Below, one piece after another: positions 31,266 through 40,291 of a DNA stretch of 64,000 nucleotides. Source of the DNA: an uncultured Actinomycetota bacterium (lineage in GTDB: Bacteria > Actinomycetota > UBA4738 > HRBIN12); assembly GCA_963702405.1 (NCBI GenBank), contig CAVPCM010000011.1:19764-83763 (forward strand), written 5' to 3'. Made by a program: the position numbers and the translations under genes. Each line of letters begins with the position of its first letter. Position 1 is the first letter of the stretch. The notes under the pieces are model-generated. The model saw only the letters and a program-made list of their open reading frames with translations. It was not told the origin of the DNA and made no database searches.

Positions 31266-31400
31266 CTGGTGCCAGTACCTCATCCCGAGTAGCACCTCCT
31301 GGTCATCTTCAGGCAGACGCCTCTCAAGACTGGCCGCCCGGTGCCGATGTCGGTCCCCAAGGGGCGGCCGCCGGGGTTGCCCGCTGGCAAGGAGGCGAAC

Positions 31401-31855
31401 CGATGAGACGGGGTCTGGTCGGGGCCGTCAAGGTCCTGGGACTCACGCTCGCCCTCACCGTCGTGTTCGGCGCGCTCGCGCCAAGTGCACGAGCCGCCTG
31501 GACCCCTCGCCGCGACATGCTCGGCTGGATGAACACCGCGCGGAGCGATCACGGGCAGGTCGTCTTGGACCGTGGCTGGCGGCTCCGGGCGGTGGCGGAC
31601 GAGCACAGCCGACAGATGGCATCTGCCGGAAGGATCTTCCACACCGCTTCACTCGGGTCCACGCTCACGTCCGTGTCGTGGAACGTGGCGGGGGAGAACG
31701 TGGGAGCGGGCGGCAGCATGCGGGCGCTGTACGAGGCGTTCATGAAGAGCGACCCTCACCGGGACAACATCCTCGGAAGGGGATTCCGTCGCGTCGGCGT
31801 CGGGGTGTACGCGCACGGCGGGTTCCTCTGGGTGACGCTGATCTTCGTCGGCTGA
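31401..31855 (+). CDS. secreted CAP/SCP (PR-1-like) domain protein, paralog 2
   Basis: AAGGAGG RBS and signal peptide. GENVG...EAFMKSDPHRDNI...FRRVGVG...LWVTLIFVG, paralogous to 26955-27440. Confidence 0.75.
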
Positions 31856-31867
31856 GGCCGGAGACGC

Positions 31868-31907
31868 AGGAAGGGGCGGGGTCCCGATGGGACCCCGCCC
31901 CGTTCCT
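31868..31907. terminator. bidirectional intrinsic-terminator-like hairpin between convergent genes
   Basis: AGGAAGGGGCGGGGTCCC-GAT-GGGACCCCGCCCCGTTCCT. About 17-bp GC stem with one bulge. Confidence 0.55.
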
Positions 31908-31924
31908 TCCGTACCGCTCGACGG

Positions 31925-34699
31925 TTACGCGGCCTCGCGCTCCGGCCGGCGCTTCCGGGTGGTCGCGACCACGGTCACGCCGATCCCGAAGAGCACCATC
32001 GAGATGATCCCCAGCCGTCCGGCGTCCGATCCCGTGAACGGGGTCGGCGGGTTCGGCGGGGTCGCACCGGCGATCGGGGTCACGATGGCGTCGTCGTCGG
32101 AGCTCACCGACCGGCCGAGGATGTCCTCGCCGGTCGCCGTGCCGACGTTGGTGACGGGAACGTCACCCACCACGAAGTCCTTCGTCAGCGTGGCGGACTC
32201 CCCGGGCTCGAGGACCGCGATGTCCCCGACGTGTCCCAGGATGTCGTCGTCGACGCTGATGTCGTACAGCGTGGTGTCGCCCGTGTTCGTGACGACGTAG
32301 GTGTAGGTCACGGTCGTGCCGATCGGCACCGTGTCCTCGTCCACCGTCTTCACGATCTCGATCGCGGGGTGGATCAGGTCCGTGACGCAGTTGGCCAGGG
32401 CCTCCACCGCCGCGCGGCTGCCGACGCCCGAGCCCTTCGCCGTGACTTCGTTGACGACGGGGTCCGGATCGCTGTTCAGCACCACGTAGTCGAAGTCGTG
32501 CGACTCGGACGCACCCACCGCGAGCTCGTCCGCGAAGGATGCGGACAGGTCGCCGAGGATCGTGTCCATGACGGTCACGCCGTCGAGATCCTCATCACCC
32601 GTGTTCGTCACGGTGATCGTGTAGGTCACCGTGTCGCCCGCGTGCGCCAGCTCGGTGCAGCTCTTGGTCACGCCGATCGACGGGTTGAGGATGTCGGTCT
32701 CGCAGGACGCCTCGTCCGAGGCCTCCACTCCCGAGTCCGCGCCGTCGCCCGTCGCGGTCACCGTGTTGGTGATCGGGTCGGGGTCACCGGCCTGCGGCGA
32801 GTAGGTGACGACCGCTGTAGCCGTCGCACCCACCGGGAACGGGTTCGAGAAGTCGAAGTCGAAGTCGTCCGTGATATCACCCAGGAGGGTGTCGTTCACG
32901 GTGACGCCGACCAGCGCCTCGTCGCCCGTGTTCTCGACGGTGACCGTGTACTCGATGTCCTCACCGAACGGCACCTCGAGCGGGCACGTCTTCTCGACGT
33001 CGATGTCCGGCTCGTGGGTGACGTCGGTCTCGCACTCGTCGGTGTCGGTGTCGGTGACACCGGAGTCCACCCCGTCACCGGAAGCGGTGACCGAGTTCTC
33101 GACCGGGTCCTCGTTGGCGCCCGGCGTGTAGACGAAGTCGTGCGAGTACACGGTGTTGCCGACCGGCAGCGGGTCCGGCAGGTTGAACGCCGCCGTGATG
33201 TCGCCGCCCAGCAGGGCGTCGGTCACGGAGACGTTCTCGAGCGGCTCGTTGCCGGTGTTCTTCACCGTGATCGTGAAGGTCACGTCGTCACCGAACGGCA
33301 CCGACCGCGGGCACGTCTTCTCGACGTCGATCCCGGGCACGTGCGTGATGTCGGTGTCACACGTGTCGGTGTCGGTGACCTGGGTGCTCGAGAATACGCC
33401 GTCCGCCGTGACGGTCACCGTGTTCGGGAGTGGGTCCGGGTCGTTCGCATCCGGCGTGTAGACGTACTGTGCCGAGTCCGATGCGCCGGCCGCCAGCGTG
33501 TCGGCGAAGAGGTTCGAGATGTCGTCGGGAGCGTTCCCGTTCACCGTGTCGGTGACGACGATGTTCTCGAGATCCTCGTTGCCGTTGTTCGTGATCGTGA
33601 TGTCGTAAGTGACGTTGCCACCGAGGGCCGCCGCCGCCGGGCAGGTCTTCACGATGTCGATCGCGGGCTCCGCGACGAACCCGGTGGACTTCATCGGAAC
33701 CGTCTGCTGCCCGACCGGGATCGTGTCGTCGCCGTTGCTCGACACCCGGCCGGACTCGATCGCGTTGAGGATGTTCCCGGTGGGGGTCTCACCCTGCATG
33801 CAAGTGAGTTCCGCGATCAGCCGGAGGATCACGACGTCGCCGGCATCGAGCCCCTCGATCTCGACCGTGCCGGTCACCTGGTCGTAGCCCGAGGAATCGA
33901 ACCCCTCGGCGATCAGGGTCGCCGACTCGTCGCCGTCGAGGTTCTTGTTCCCGTCATCCGGCGTGTTGATGTCGACGCTGATGATGTCGTCGAAGCCGAG
34001 TCCGGGCTGGCCGGTCGTCTCGGCGCCGAACGTGTAGTCCAGCTCGATCGTGCCACCTGCCGCGGCGCCGGAGTCCACCGTGATCTCCGTGAAGAAGGTC
34101 ACGTAGTCCCCGCACTCGAAGTCGCCGGCCTCCAGCGATTCCACGACGCCGTTGGACTTGCTGATGGTCCGGTTGTCGTACCCGAACTGCGGGTGCGTGC
34201 CGAGACCGGTGGCGTGGTCGTACGTGAACGGCCCGGCCGCGACGTAGTCGAGGTCGATGTCGCCACCGTCGAGTTCCGACGCGGGCGGTGCCGCCGGAGC
34301 CGCGATCGCGGTGGTCCGGTTGACACGAGCGACGTTGATCTGGCCCTTCCGGGCTTCGCCCGCCCCCGTTGCCGCCGCTCCGGTGCCCGAGGTGTCCCCG
34401 TCGGCCTCAGCCGTGGGAGCCTCTTCTGCCGGAACCTCGGCGGGAGCCTCCTCAGCCGGAGCCTCCTCGACGGGAGCCTCCTCAGCCGGAGCCTCCTCTA
34501 CAGGAACCGTGCCTTCCCCCGTGCTGCCGTCCGAGAGGGCTTCCTCGGCGGCGACGGGATCGGTGCCGGCGTCGTCTGCCAGCGCGCTCAGCGAGCTCTG
34601 TCCGAGTGCGAACGCGAACAGGAGCACGAACGAGACGAACGAGGCAAGCCCGCGCTTGGTTCGGCGCCGGCTTTGCCGAGAGTTCGTTCTGGTACCCAT
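31925..34699 (-). CDS. large secreted surface protein with tandem DUF11 repeats and C-terminal PFTG sorting signal
   Basis: Signal peptide and AEEAP repeats. At least 5 DUF11-like modules (I..KTCP...V.Y.ITV.NTG.E.L..V.V.D.). C-terminus TPFTGSD + TM + RKRR. GGTGGAGG RBS. Confidence 0.8.
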   Translation of the reverse strand: MGTRTNSRQSRRRTKRGLASFVSFVLLFAFALGQSSLSALADDAGTDPVAAEEALSDGSTGEGTVPVEEAPAEEAPVEEAPAEEAPAEVPAEEAPTAEADGDTSGTGAAATGAGEARKGQINVARVNRTTAIAAPAAPPASELDGGDIDLDYVAAGPFTYDHATGLGTHPQFGYDNRTISKSNGVVESLEAGDFECGDYVTFFTEITVDSGAAAGGTIELDYTFGAETTGQPGLGFDDIISVDINTPDDGNKNLDGDESATLIAEGFDSSGYDQVTGTVEIEGLDAGDVVILRLIAELTCMQGETPTGNILNAIESGRVSSNGDDTIPVGQQTVPMKSTGFVAEPAIDIVKTCPAAAALGGNVTYDITITNNGNEDLENIVVTDTVNGNAPDDISNLFADTLAAGASDSAQYVYTPDANDPDPLPNTVTVTADGVFSSTQVTDTDTCDTDITHVPGIDVEKTCPRSVPFGDDVTFTITVKNTGNEPLENVSVTDALLGGDITAAFNLPDPLPVGNTVYSHDFVYTPGANEDPVENSVTASGDGVDSGVTDTDTDECETDVTHEPDIDVEKTCPLEVPFGEDIEYTVTVENTGDEALVGVTVNDTLLGDITDDFDFDFSNPFPVGATATAVVTYSPQAGDPDPITNTVTATGDGADSGVEASDEASCETDILNPSIGVTKSCTELAHAGDTVTYTITVTNTGDEDLDGVTVMDTILGDLSASFADELAVGASESHDFDYVVLNSDPDPVVNEVTAKGSGVGSRAAVEALANCVTDLIHPAIEIVKTVDEDTVPIGTTVTYTYVVTNTGDTTLYDISVDDDILGHVGDIAVLEPGESATLTKDFVVGDVPVTNVGTATGEDILGRSVSSDDDAIVTPIAGATPPNPPTPFTGSDAGRLGIISMVLFGIGVTVVATTRKRRPEREAA

Positions 34700-34989
34700 C
34701 CTCCACCCCCCAACTGGTGTCTGTGCTACTTCGTTGCCCTATGGACCCGGTCGACGCCCTACGGCGTACACCGTGGTCCTCTTGCCCAGAAAGGTAACCC
34801 CTCCATCCGGGGGACACATCGGGCGAACGGCCTCGCCGCTCCTGGCAGACGGAGTAGTCCGTTCGGAGGAGCGAGAGCGTGCAGGAAGCTCACTGTTGCG
34901 CGAGGCAGAAACATCGAGCACGTGCGGAAGGATCGGGGAGGAGCCAGATCGACCGGGCCCGACGACTGGTTCCCGGCTCTCGGGTTGCT

Positions 34990-37053
34990 CTAGCTGTCGG
35001 CCTCGCGACGCCTGCGGGAGGCTGCGAGCAGCAGGAGCGATCCCACCACGGCGATCGCCGCGGCCCAGCCCGAGAGGGTGCCCGTGGCGGAGCCCGTGAA
35101 GGGGTTCCCACCCGCCGCCCCGTCTCCGCCGTCTCCACCCGCCCCGCCTGCGACCGCTGACACGGTCACCTCGTCGACATCGCTCACCGATGCCCCGAGC
35201 ACGTCGGAGCCCGTCGCGGTGGCGACGTTGGTGATGGGGGAGGAGCCGAGGGTGATCTCGAACGTCAGCTCGCTACTCTGACCCGCTGCGAGAGAAGCGA
35301 TGTCGCCGACGTGCCCGACGACGTCGTCGTCGACCGAGATGCCGAAGAGGGTCGTGTCGCCCGTGTTCATGACGGCGTAGGTGTAGACGATGATGGTCCC
35401 GGCCGGACCCGATGTCGGACTCGCCGACTTCTCGATGTCGATGTCGGGGTGGATCAGGTCGATGTCGTGCGTATCGGTGTCGGAGACGGTTCCTCCATCG
35501 TGAACCCCGGTCACGGTGGCCTGATTGTGGACGGGGTCGCCGTCGGCCGCCACGATCGTATGGTCACACGCGAACGCCCAGCTCTCGTCCACGGCGAGGA
35601 CGGCGTCGCCGTTGCCGTCGTCCGTACGATCCGGTGTGGTGTCGCAGCGCGCGTCCGTCAGGTCGATGTCCGTCAGGTCGACGCCTCCCGTGTTGGTCAC
35701 GGAGAAGGTGTAGGCGACGGTGTCGCCGACGTGCGCGAGCGCCGGGCCGCCCTTCCGGAGCCTGATCCGCGGCGCGCACGCGATCTCATCCGAAGCCTCG
35801 GCATGGTTGTCGGGACCGATGTTCACGGTGGGCTCGTTGGTGCCCTCGACATCCACGACGTTCGTGATCGCACCGCACTCCTTGCCCGTCACGGAGACCC
35901 TGAACGCGACCGAAGCGGAATCGCCCGGTCCGAGCGTGATGGGGCCGCAGTTGACCGTCGCCTGGGCGATACCGCCCGGTGGGATGGAACTGGCGATGAC
36001 ACACGGGTGCCCGTCGAACATCGGGAAGGGCGAGACCGAGATGCTCATCGCATCCCCCGGCGGGAGCGCGTCGATGAGTTCGACGCCCGTGGCCTGCACG
36101 TCGCCGATGTTCGTGACCATGATCGTGTAGAGGAAGGAGTCTCCTTCGTGGAGGATCCCACCGGCGTCCGATGTCTTCGTGACCTGGAGATCCGGCGGGC
36201 CGGGCTCCTCGCACTCGACCGAGTTGCTCGCCTCGTTCGAATCGTTGCTCCCGGCGGCCTGCTCCGTCTCGTTCGCCGCCGAGACGTGCGCATCGTTCAC
36301 GATCGGACCGCAGAACCCGTCGTCGACCGTGACCGCGATGTCGAGCGAGACGTTCGCACCGGCGCCGATGTCACCGAGCGCGCAGGTGACCAGGCCGGCC
36401 ACTTCGTCGCAGCCCGCGGTGGCATCGGCGAACGTGACGCCCGCCGGCAGCTGATCGGCGACGTGCACGTCGCTCGCGGTGGCGGTGCCGTCGTTGGACA
36501 CCGACAGGGTGTAGGTGATCGAGTCGCCGTTCTGGACGATGCCGCCCGGATCGTTCACCTTCACGACGGACACGTCGGGTTCGGGCGGCGCGTCGTTCCA
36601 GCAGATGGCGAGGTGGCTCACCGAGTAGTAGCCGCCATCCGGCTTCTGCGGGCTGTGGAGGTCGTGGTCGCCGGTATCGCCCGCCGGATAGGCGAACAGC
36701 TCGCCGCCGCTCGGTCCGCCCTTCACGTAGACGCCGTGCACCGGAAGGGGCGAGGACCAGTCCGCGAACCCTGTCGGGCTGTTGTAGCCGGTGGCGGTGA
36801 CCGTCATGGCGCCGCTGGACGCCTGGCCGTTGCTCGCGATCGAGATCCCGTGATCGAAGCCCAGCTGGCCGCAGTCGTCGTTCGAGGACTGGGTGTCGGC
36901 GATGACGGGGATGACGCCATCGGCGGAAGGCGGGCCGGGGGAGTCCACGGGCGGTGCCGCTTCGGCCGTCAGGATCCCCGCTTGACCGGCGAGGAGCGCC
37001 AACGCCACGATCGGTCCCAGGAGTCCCCGGCGCCGATGCTTCCGTCCCTCCAT
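34990..37053 (-). CDS. large secreted surface protein with DUF11 repeats and C-terminal NPFTG sorting signal (paralog)
   Basis: Start chosen at MEGRKHRRRGLLGPIVALALLAG (AGGAGG RBS 7 nt upstream). The last DUF11 module is clearly paralogous to the upstream gene. C-terminus NPFTGS + TM + RRRR. Confidence 0.75.
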   Translation of the reverse strand: MEGRKHRRRGLLGPIVALALLAGQAGILTAEAAPPVDSPGPPSADGVIPVIADTQSSNDDCGQLGFDHGISIASNGQASSGAMTVTATGYNSPTGFADWSSPLPVHGVYVKGGPSGGELFAYPAGDTGDHDLHSPQKPDGGYYSVSHLAICWNDAPPEPDVSVVKVNDPGGIVQNGDSITYTLSVSNDGTATASDVHVADQLPAGVTFADATAGCDEVAGLVTCALGDIGAGANVSLDIAVTVDDGFCGPIVNDAHVSAANETEQAAGSNDSNEASNSVECEEPGPPDLQVTKTSDAGGILHEGDSFLYTIMVTNIGDVQATGVELIDALPPGDAMSISVSPFPMFDGHPCVIASSIPPGGIAQATVNCGPITLGPGDSASVAFRVSVTGKECGAITNVVDVEGTNEPTVNIGPDNHAEASDEIACAPRIRLRKGGPALAHVGDTVAYTFSVTNTGGVDLTDIDLTDARCDTTPDRTDDGNGDAVLAVDESWAFACDHTIVAADGDPVHNQATVTGVHDGGTVSDTDTHDIDLIHPDIDIEKSASPTSGPAGTIIVYTYAVMNTGDTTLFGISVDDDVVGHVGDIASLAAGQSSELTFEITLGSSPITNVATATGSDVLGASVSDVDEVTVSAVAGGAGGDGGDGAAGGNPFTGSATGTLSGWAAAIAVVGSLLLLAASRRRREADS

Positions 37054-37371
37054 CTTTCCTCCTGGTCCGTTTCGCGCCATGTCGGGGCACAGAACCCTCT
37101 GTCGGCCGGTCGACCCACACCCTACGGGGGGAGGGGGGACGGGGACATCGGCCGGAAGACGCGGACCATCAGCCCGATGCTTGGGCCAGATACCGGACGG
37201 AGCTTCGCATCCACCTGGGGCGGAAGCAAGAACGACGATCAGCCCCCGATGTGTCGGGTGGATCGCTCGGACGCCCATCGGCCGGGGGAGGGAGAGGCCA
37301 CAGGGGTCGTTCCCAGGGAAGTTACATAATGAGCGTTATCGGGGTAGCGGACGCGAGGGCCGCTCGACATC

Positions 37372-39699
37372 TCATGCGGCGGACGGCCCTCCTCGGTACG
37401 GCCTCCCGGTCGCTCTGAGCGCGATGCCCCAGCGGGTGACGAGCCAGAGCGCCTCAACGACGATCCGCCGCGAGAGCTTCGAATGACCGTGTTCCCGTTC
37501 GCGGAACGTGATCGGCACCTCGCCGATCGACCAACCCCGGAGCCAGGAGCGCATCACGAGCTCGACCTGGAAGCCATACCCGTCGGCGTGGAACGGCTCG
37601 GCGACGAGGTCCGATAGCAGCTCGCGACGATATACACGGTAGCCGCTCGTGGCATCGTGCACCGGCACGCCGAGCATAAGCCGCGCGTAGGCGTTGCCCA
37701 CCCTCGAGAGCGCCAGGCGCAACCGGCTCCAGTTGGTCACGGAGCCTCCGGGTACGTACCGGCTCCCCACCACGAGGTGAAAGCGGTCGCGGGCGCCGGC
37801 CAGGAGGGCATCGAGCTGCACAGGATCGTGGGAGAGGTCGGAGTCCATCTCCACGATCAGGTCGTACCGCTCCTCGAGCGCCCTTCGGAAGCCCTCCTGG
37901 TAGGCGCTCGCGAGCCCAGACCTCGCGGGTCGTTCGACGAGGCGGAGCCGTGGCTCCCCCGCCATCAGCTCCCGGACGATCCGTGCGGTGCCGTCGGGTG
38001 AGGAGTCGTCGACGACGAGCGCGTCCACGCCCGGATGCTCGAGCACGCCGGCCACGACGTCACGGATCGTGGCCGCCTCGTCGTAGGTGGGCAGGATCAC
38101 GAGCGAGCGAGCGCCCTCGGCGAGCGGCTCGGGGTCGGGCCACTCGCGACGGCGACCCCGCGGCACCACGGCGAGACCCGCCACGATCACCAACGAGAGG
38201 ATGGGCAGCCAGTCCCCCAGTCGCACCGACCACGTCTGCTCCGACGAGGCCCGGATCGTGTGCCGGATCAGCGCCGGCTCGAACAGCTCGGTCTCATCGT
38301 GGACGCGGCCCGTCGGGTCGATGAACGCGCTGATACCCGAGACGGCCGCGTGCACGATCCACCTGCCGTCCTCGATCGCACGGAGCCGCGACATCTGCAG
38401 ATGCTGGGCGGATGCGGCCGTGCGGTCGTAGGACGCGTTGTTCGTGAGGACCACGAGGAACTCCGCGCCCTGACGGACGAGCTCGCGATCGAGCGCCGGG
38501 AAGCTGTTCTCGAAGCAGATCGGCGCTCCGAACTCAGGGAGCCCCGGTGCAGTCAAGGTGTGGAGTCGCTCCCCTGGCGTGAGCTCGTAGGCGATCTGCT
38601 CGAGCGCGGAGATCCACCCGACGACGGGCTTCCAGGGGATGTACTCCCCGTACGGGACGAGGTGGGTCTTCCTGTACACGTCGACCACCGCTCCCCCGCC
38701 ATCGAAGACGACCGCCTGATTGAACAGCGCATCGCCTCCCTTCCCCGATCGGATGTCCTCCGAGGTGGCCCCGGTGAGGACCGGCGTCCCGACGTCCGCG
38801 ATCGAGCTCCGCACCTCGTCGAGGATCGAGAGCGAGCCCGGATCGAGGGCGCTCTCTCCCCAGACGGCCAGATCGGGAGGATCGCCGCTCAGCGTCGCAT
38901 GGAGCTCGAGGTTGAGCCTCGTGACCGCGACGTCTCCTTCCTCCCTCGACCGTCCTGTGACCCCTTCGAGGAAGTCGACCTGGATCGCGGCCACGTCGAT
39001 CTCCCGCCCGGAAGCCTCCGCGAAGGGGATCGCCGCCGGTCCCAGCGTGGCGATCGCCGCCAGGCCGATGGCGGTGAGCCGCGTCGGCGCCCCCTCCGCG
39101 CCGGCGGCCTCCACGACGAGCGCGGCCGCGAACGCCACCGCGAACGTGACCCCGAACACCCCGGCGAGGACGGCGAGGCGAACCGTGACCGGGTTGGCCA
39201 CCTGCGAGGCGCCGAGGGAGCCCCACGTGAAGCCCCCGAGCGGCCAGAGTCCCCGGAGCCAGTCGATCGACGTCCACAACGCCGCCGCCCCGAGCGCGTT
39301 CAGCATCGGATGGCCCGACCGACGTACCAACGGCAAGCAGGCACCGAACAACGCCACGGACGCCGCCGTGAGCACCGTCAAGGCGCTCCAGGCGAGGGTG
39401 CCGAAGAGCTGGAGCCACGAGAGCGTGAGTCCGAAGCCGACGAGTCCGTAGACGAGCCCGAGGGCGAAGCCCCGGGCCGGTGTGGCGTTCCGGAGTCCGA
39501 TCAGGAGCAACGCGGGAGCGACGAAGGCGAGCGGCCAGGCGGCAACGGGCGGGAACGCGAGCGAGGACAGCACGCCCCCGACGAGGGAGAGGGTGAGCGC
39601 GACCGGCAGCCTGGGATCGATCAGGCGCAGTCGCGGCAGAACATCCGCCGTTTGTCCGCGAGCTGGCTGCGATGTTTCACCAGGTAGCAGTTCTTGCAT
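37372..39699 (-). CDS. ppm1: bifunctional apolipoprotein N-acyltransferase-like / polyprenol-monophosphomannose synthase (Lnt-Ppm1 fusion as in M. tuberculosis Rv2051c)
   Basis: N-terminal multi-TM plus CN-hydrolase (Lnt) domain. C-terminal GT2 DPM1-like domain (LPTYDEAATI...VVDDSSPDGT...EMDSDLSHDP). Annotated ATG start overlaps the upstream gene by 79 nt, so the true start is uncertain. Confidence 0.8.
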   Translation of the reverse strand: MQELLPGETSQPARGQTADVLPRLRLIDPRLPVALTLSLVGGVLSSLAFPPVAAWPLAFVAPALLLIGLRNATPARGFALGLVYGLVGFGLTLSWLQLFGTLAWSALTVLTAASVALFGACLPLVRRSGHPMLNALGAAALWTSIDWLRGLWPLGGFTWGSLGASQVANPVTVRLAVLAGVFGVTFAVAFAAALVVEAAGAEGAPTRLTAIGLAAIATLGPAAIPFAEASGREIDVAAIQVDFLEGVTGRSREEGDVAVTRLNLELHATLSGDPPDLAVWGESALDPGSLSILDEVRSSIADVGTPVLTGATSEDIRSGKGGDALFNQAVVFDGGGAVVDVYRKTHLVPYGEYIPWKPVVGWISALEQIAYELTPGERLHTLTAPGLPEFGAPICFENSFPALDRELVRQGAEFLVVLTNNASYDRTAASAQHLQMSRLRAIEDGRWIVHAAVSGISAFIDPTGRVHDETELFEPALIRHTIRASSEQTWSVRLGDWLPILSLVIVAGLAVVPRGRRREWPDPEPLAEGARSLVILPTYDEAATIRDVVAGVLEHPGVDALVVDDSSPDGTARIVRELMAGEPRLRLVERPARSGLASAYQEGFRRALEERYDLIVEMDSDLSHDPVQLDALLAGARDRFHLVVGSRYVPGGSVTNWSRLRLALSRVGNAYARLMLGVPVHDATSGYRVYRRELLSDLVAEPFHADGYGFQVELVMRSWLRGWSIGEVPITFREREHGHSKLSRRIVVEALWLVTRWGIALRATGRPYRGGPSAA

Positions 39700-39977
39700 A
39701 CGAACTCGGTCGCCTGGATGGGGACGACACGGGCCTCGACCGGCTCGAGACGGTCATCCGCCTTCGTCGTCGAGATCGGGACGACGGGCTCCTCCTCGTC
39801 GGCCTCGTCCTCGTCGTCACGGGCCTCCTGCTTCTCGAGGACCTCGTGGATCGATTCGACGTCGGCAGCCGCCGGTGTGGCGGCTTCGTCCAGGTCCTCC
39901 TCGGTCGGCTCGAGCTCGTCGAGCTCCTGGTCCGTTCCGGCGTCGTCGTCTTCGCGCTCTTCCGTGCGCTCGGCCAC
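39621..39977 (-). CDS. acidic zinc-ribbon protein, DUF4193-like
   Basis: Acidic N-terminus. C-terminal FVCKNCYLVKHRSQL...FCRDCA (C4). GTG start with GGAGGAA RBS. Confidence 0.65.
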   Translation of the reverse strand: MAERTEEREDDDAGTDQELDELEPTEEDLDEAATPAAADVESIHEVLEKQEARDDEDEADEEEPVVPISTTKADDRLEPVEARVVPIQATEFVCKNCYLVKHRSQLADKRRMFCRDCA

Positions 39978-40291
39978 CTGGTTCCTCCGGGTTCGGGTCC
40001 TCGATCCGGCCGCGGATTCTAGCGCTCACTCCCCCGCGTGCCTCGTGCGACTCGGTCGCAGGGGAAGGACGCCTCGCAGGCTCAGGATGTTCCCCGAGCG
40101 CGGAGCCCGGAAACGCGGAAGCCCGAGAGACCTTTGGGGCCGCGACGCCGGGGCGCCGCGTTCTCTACTCAGCCTCTCGGGCTCCGCTGCGCGTCTCCGC
40201 CGGGGCGGCGACGCAGGCAGGACGTTACCGACGGCCGGGCGGGAGAGCAACCCGACACCGAGAGAAACAGTGACAAGACCAGCCCCGGCGA
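39978..40291 (-). ncRNA. long GC-rich structured non-coding region (5' leader of the DUF4193 gene / possible ncRNA)
   Basis: Several long imperfect helices found by hand (e.g. GCGGAGCCCGAGAG / CTCTCGGGCTTCCGC; CGCGGCGCC/GGCGTCGCG). Class and function unknown. Confidence 0.3.
40222..40250 (-). promoter_or_regulatory. sigma-A-like promoter (TTGCTC-17-TAACGT on minus strand) inside the structured intergenic region
   Basis: Read directly. Same -10 hexamer TAACGT as the candidate promoter upstream of the FHA gene. Confidence 0.35.
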
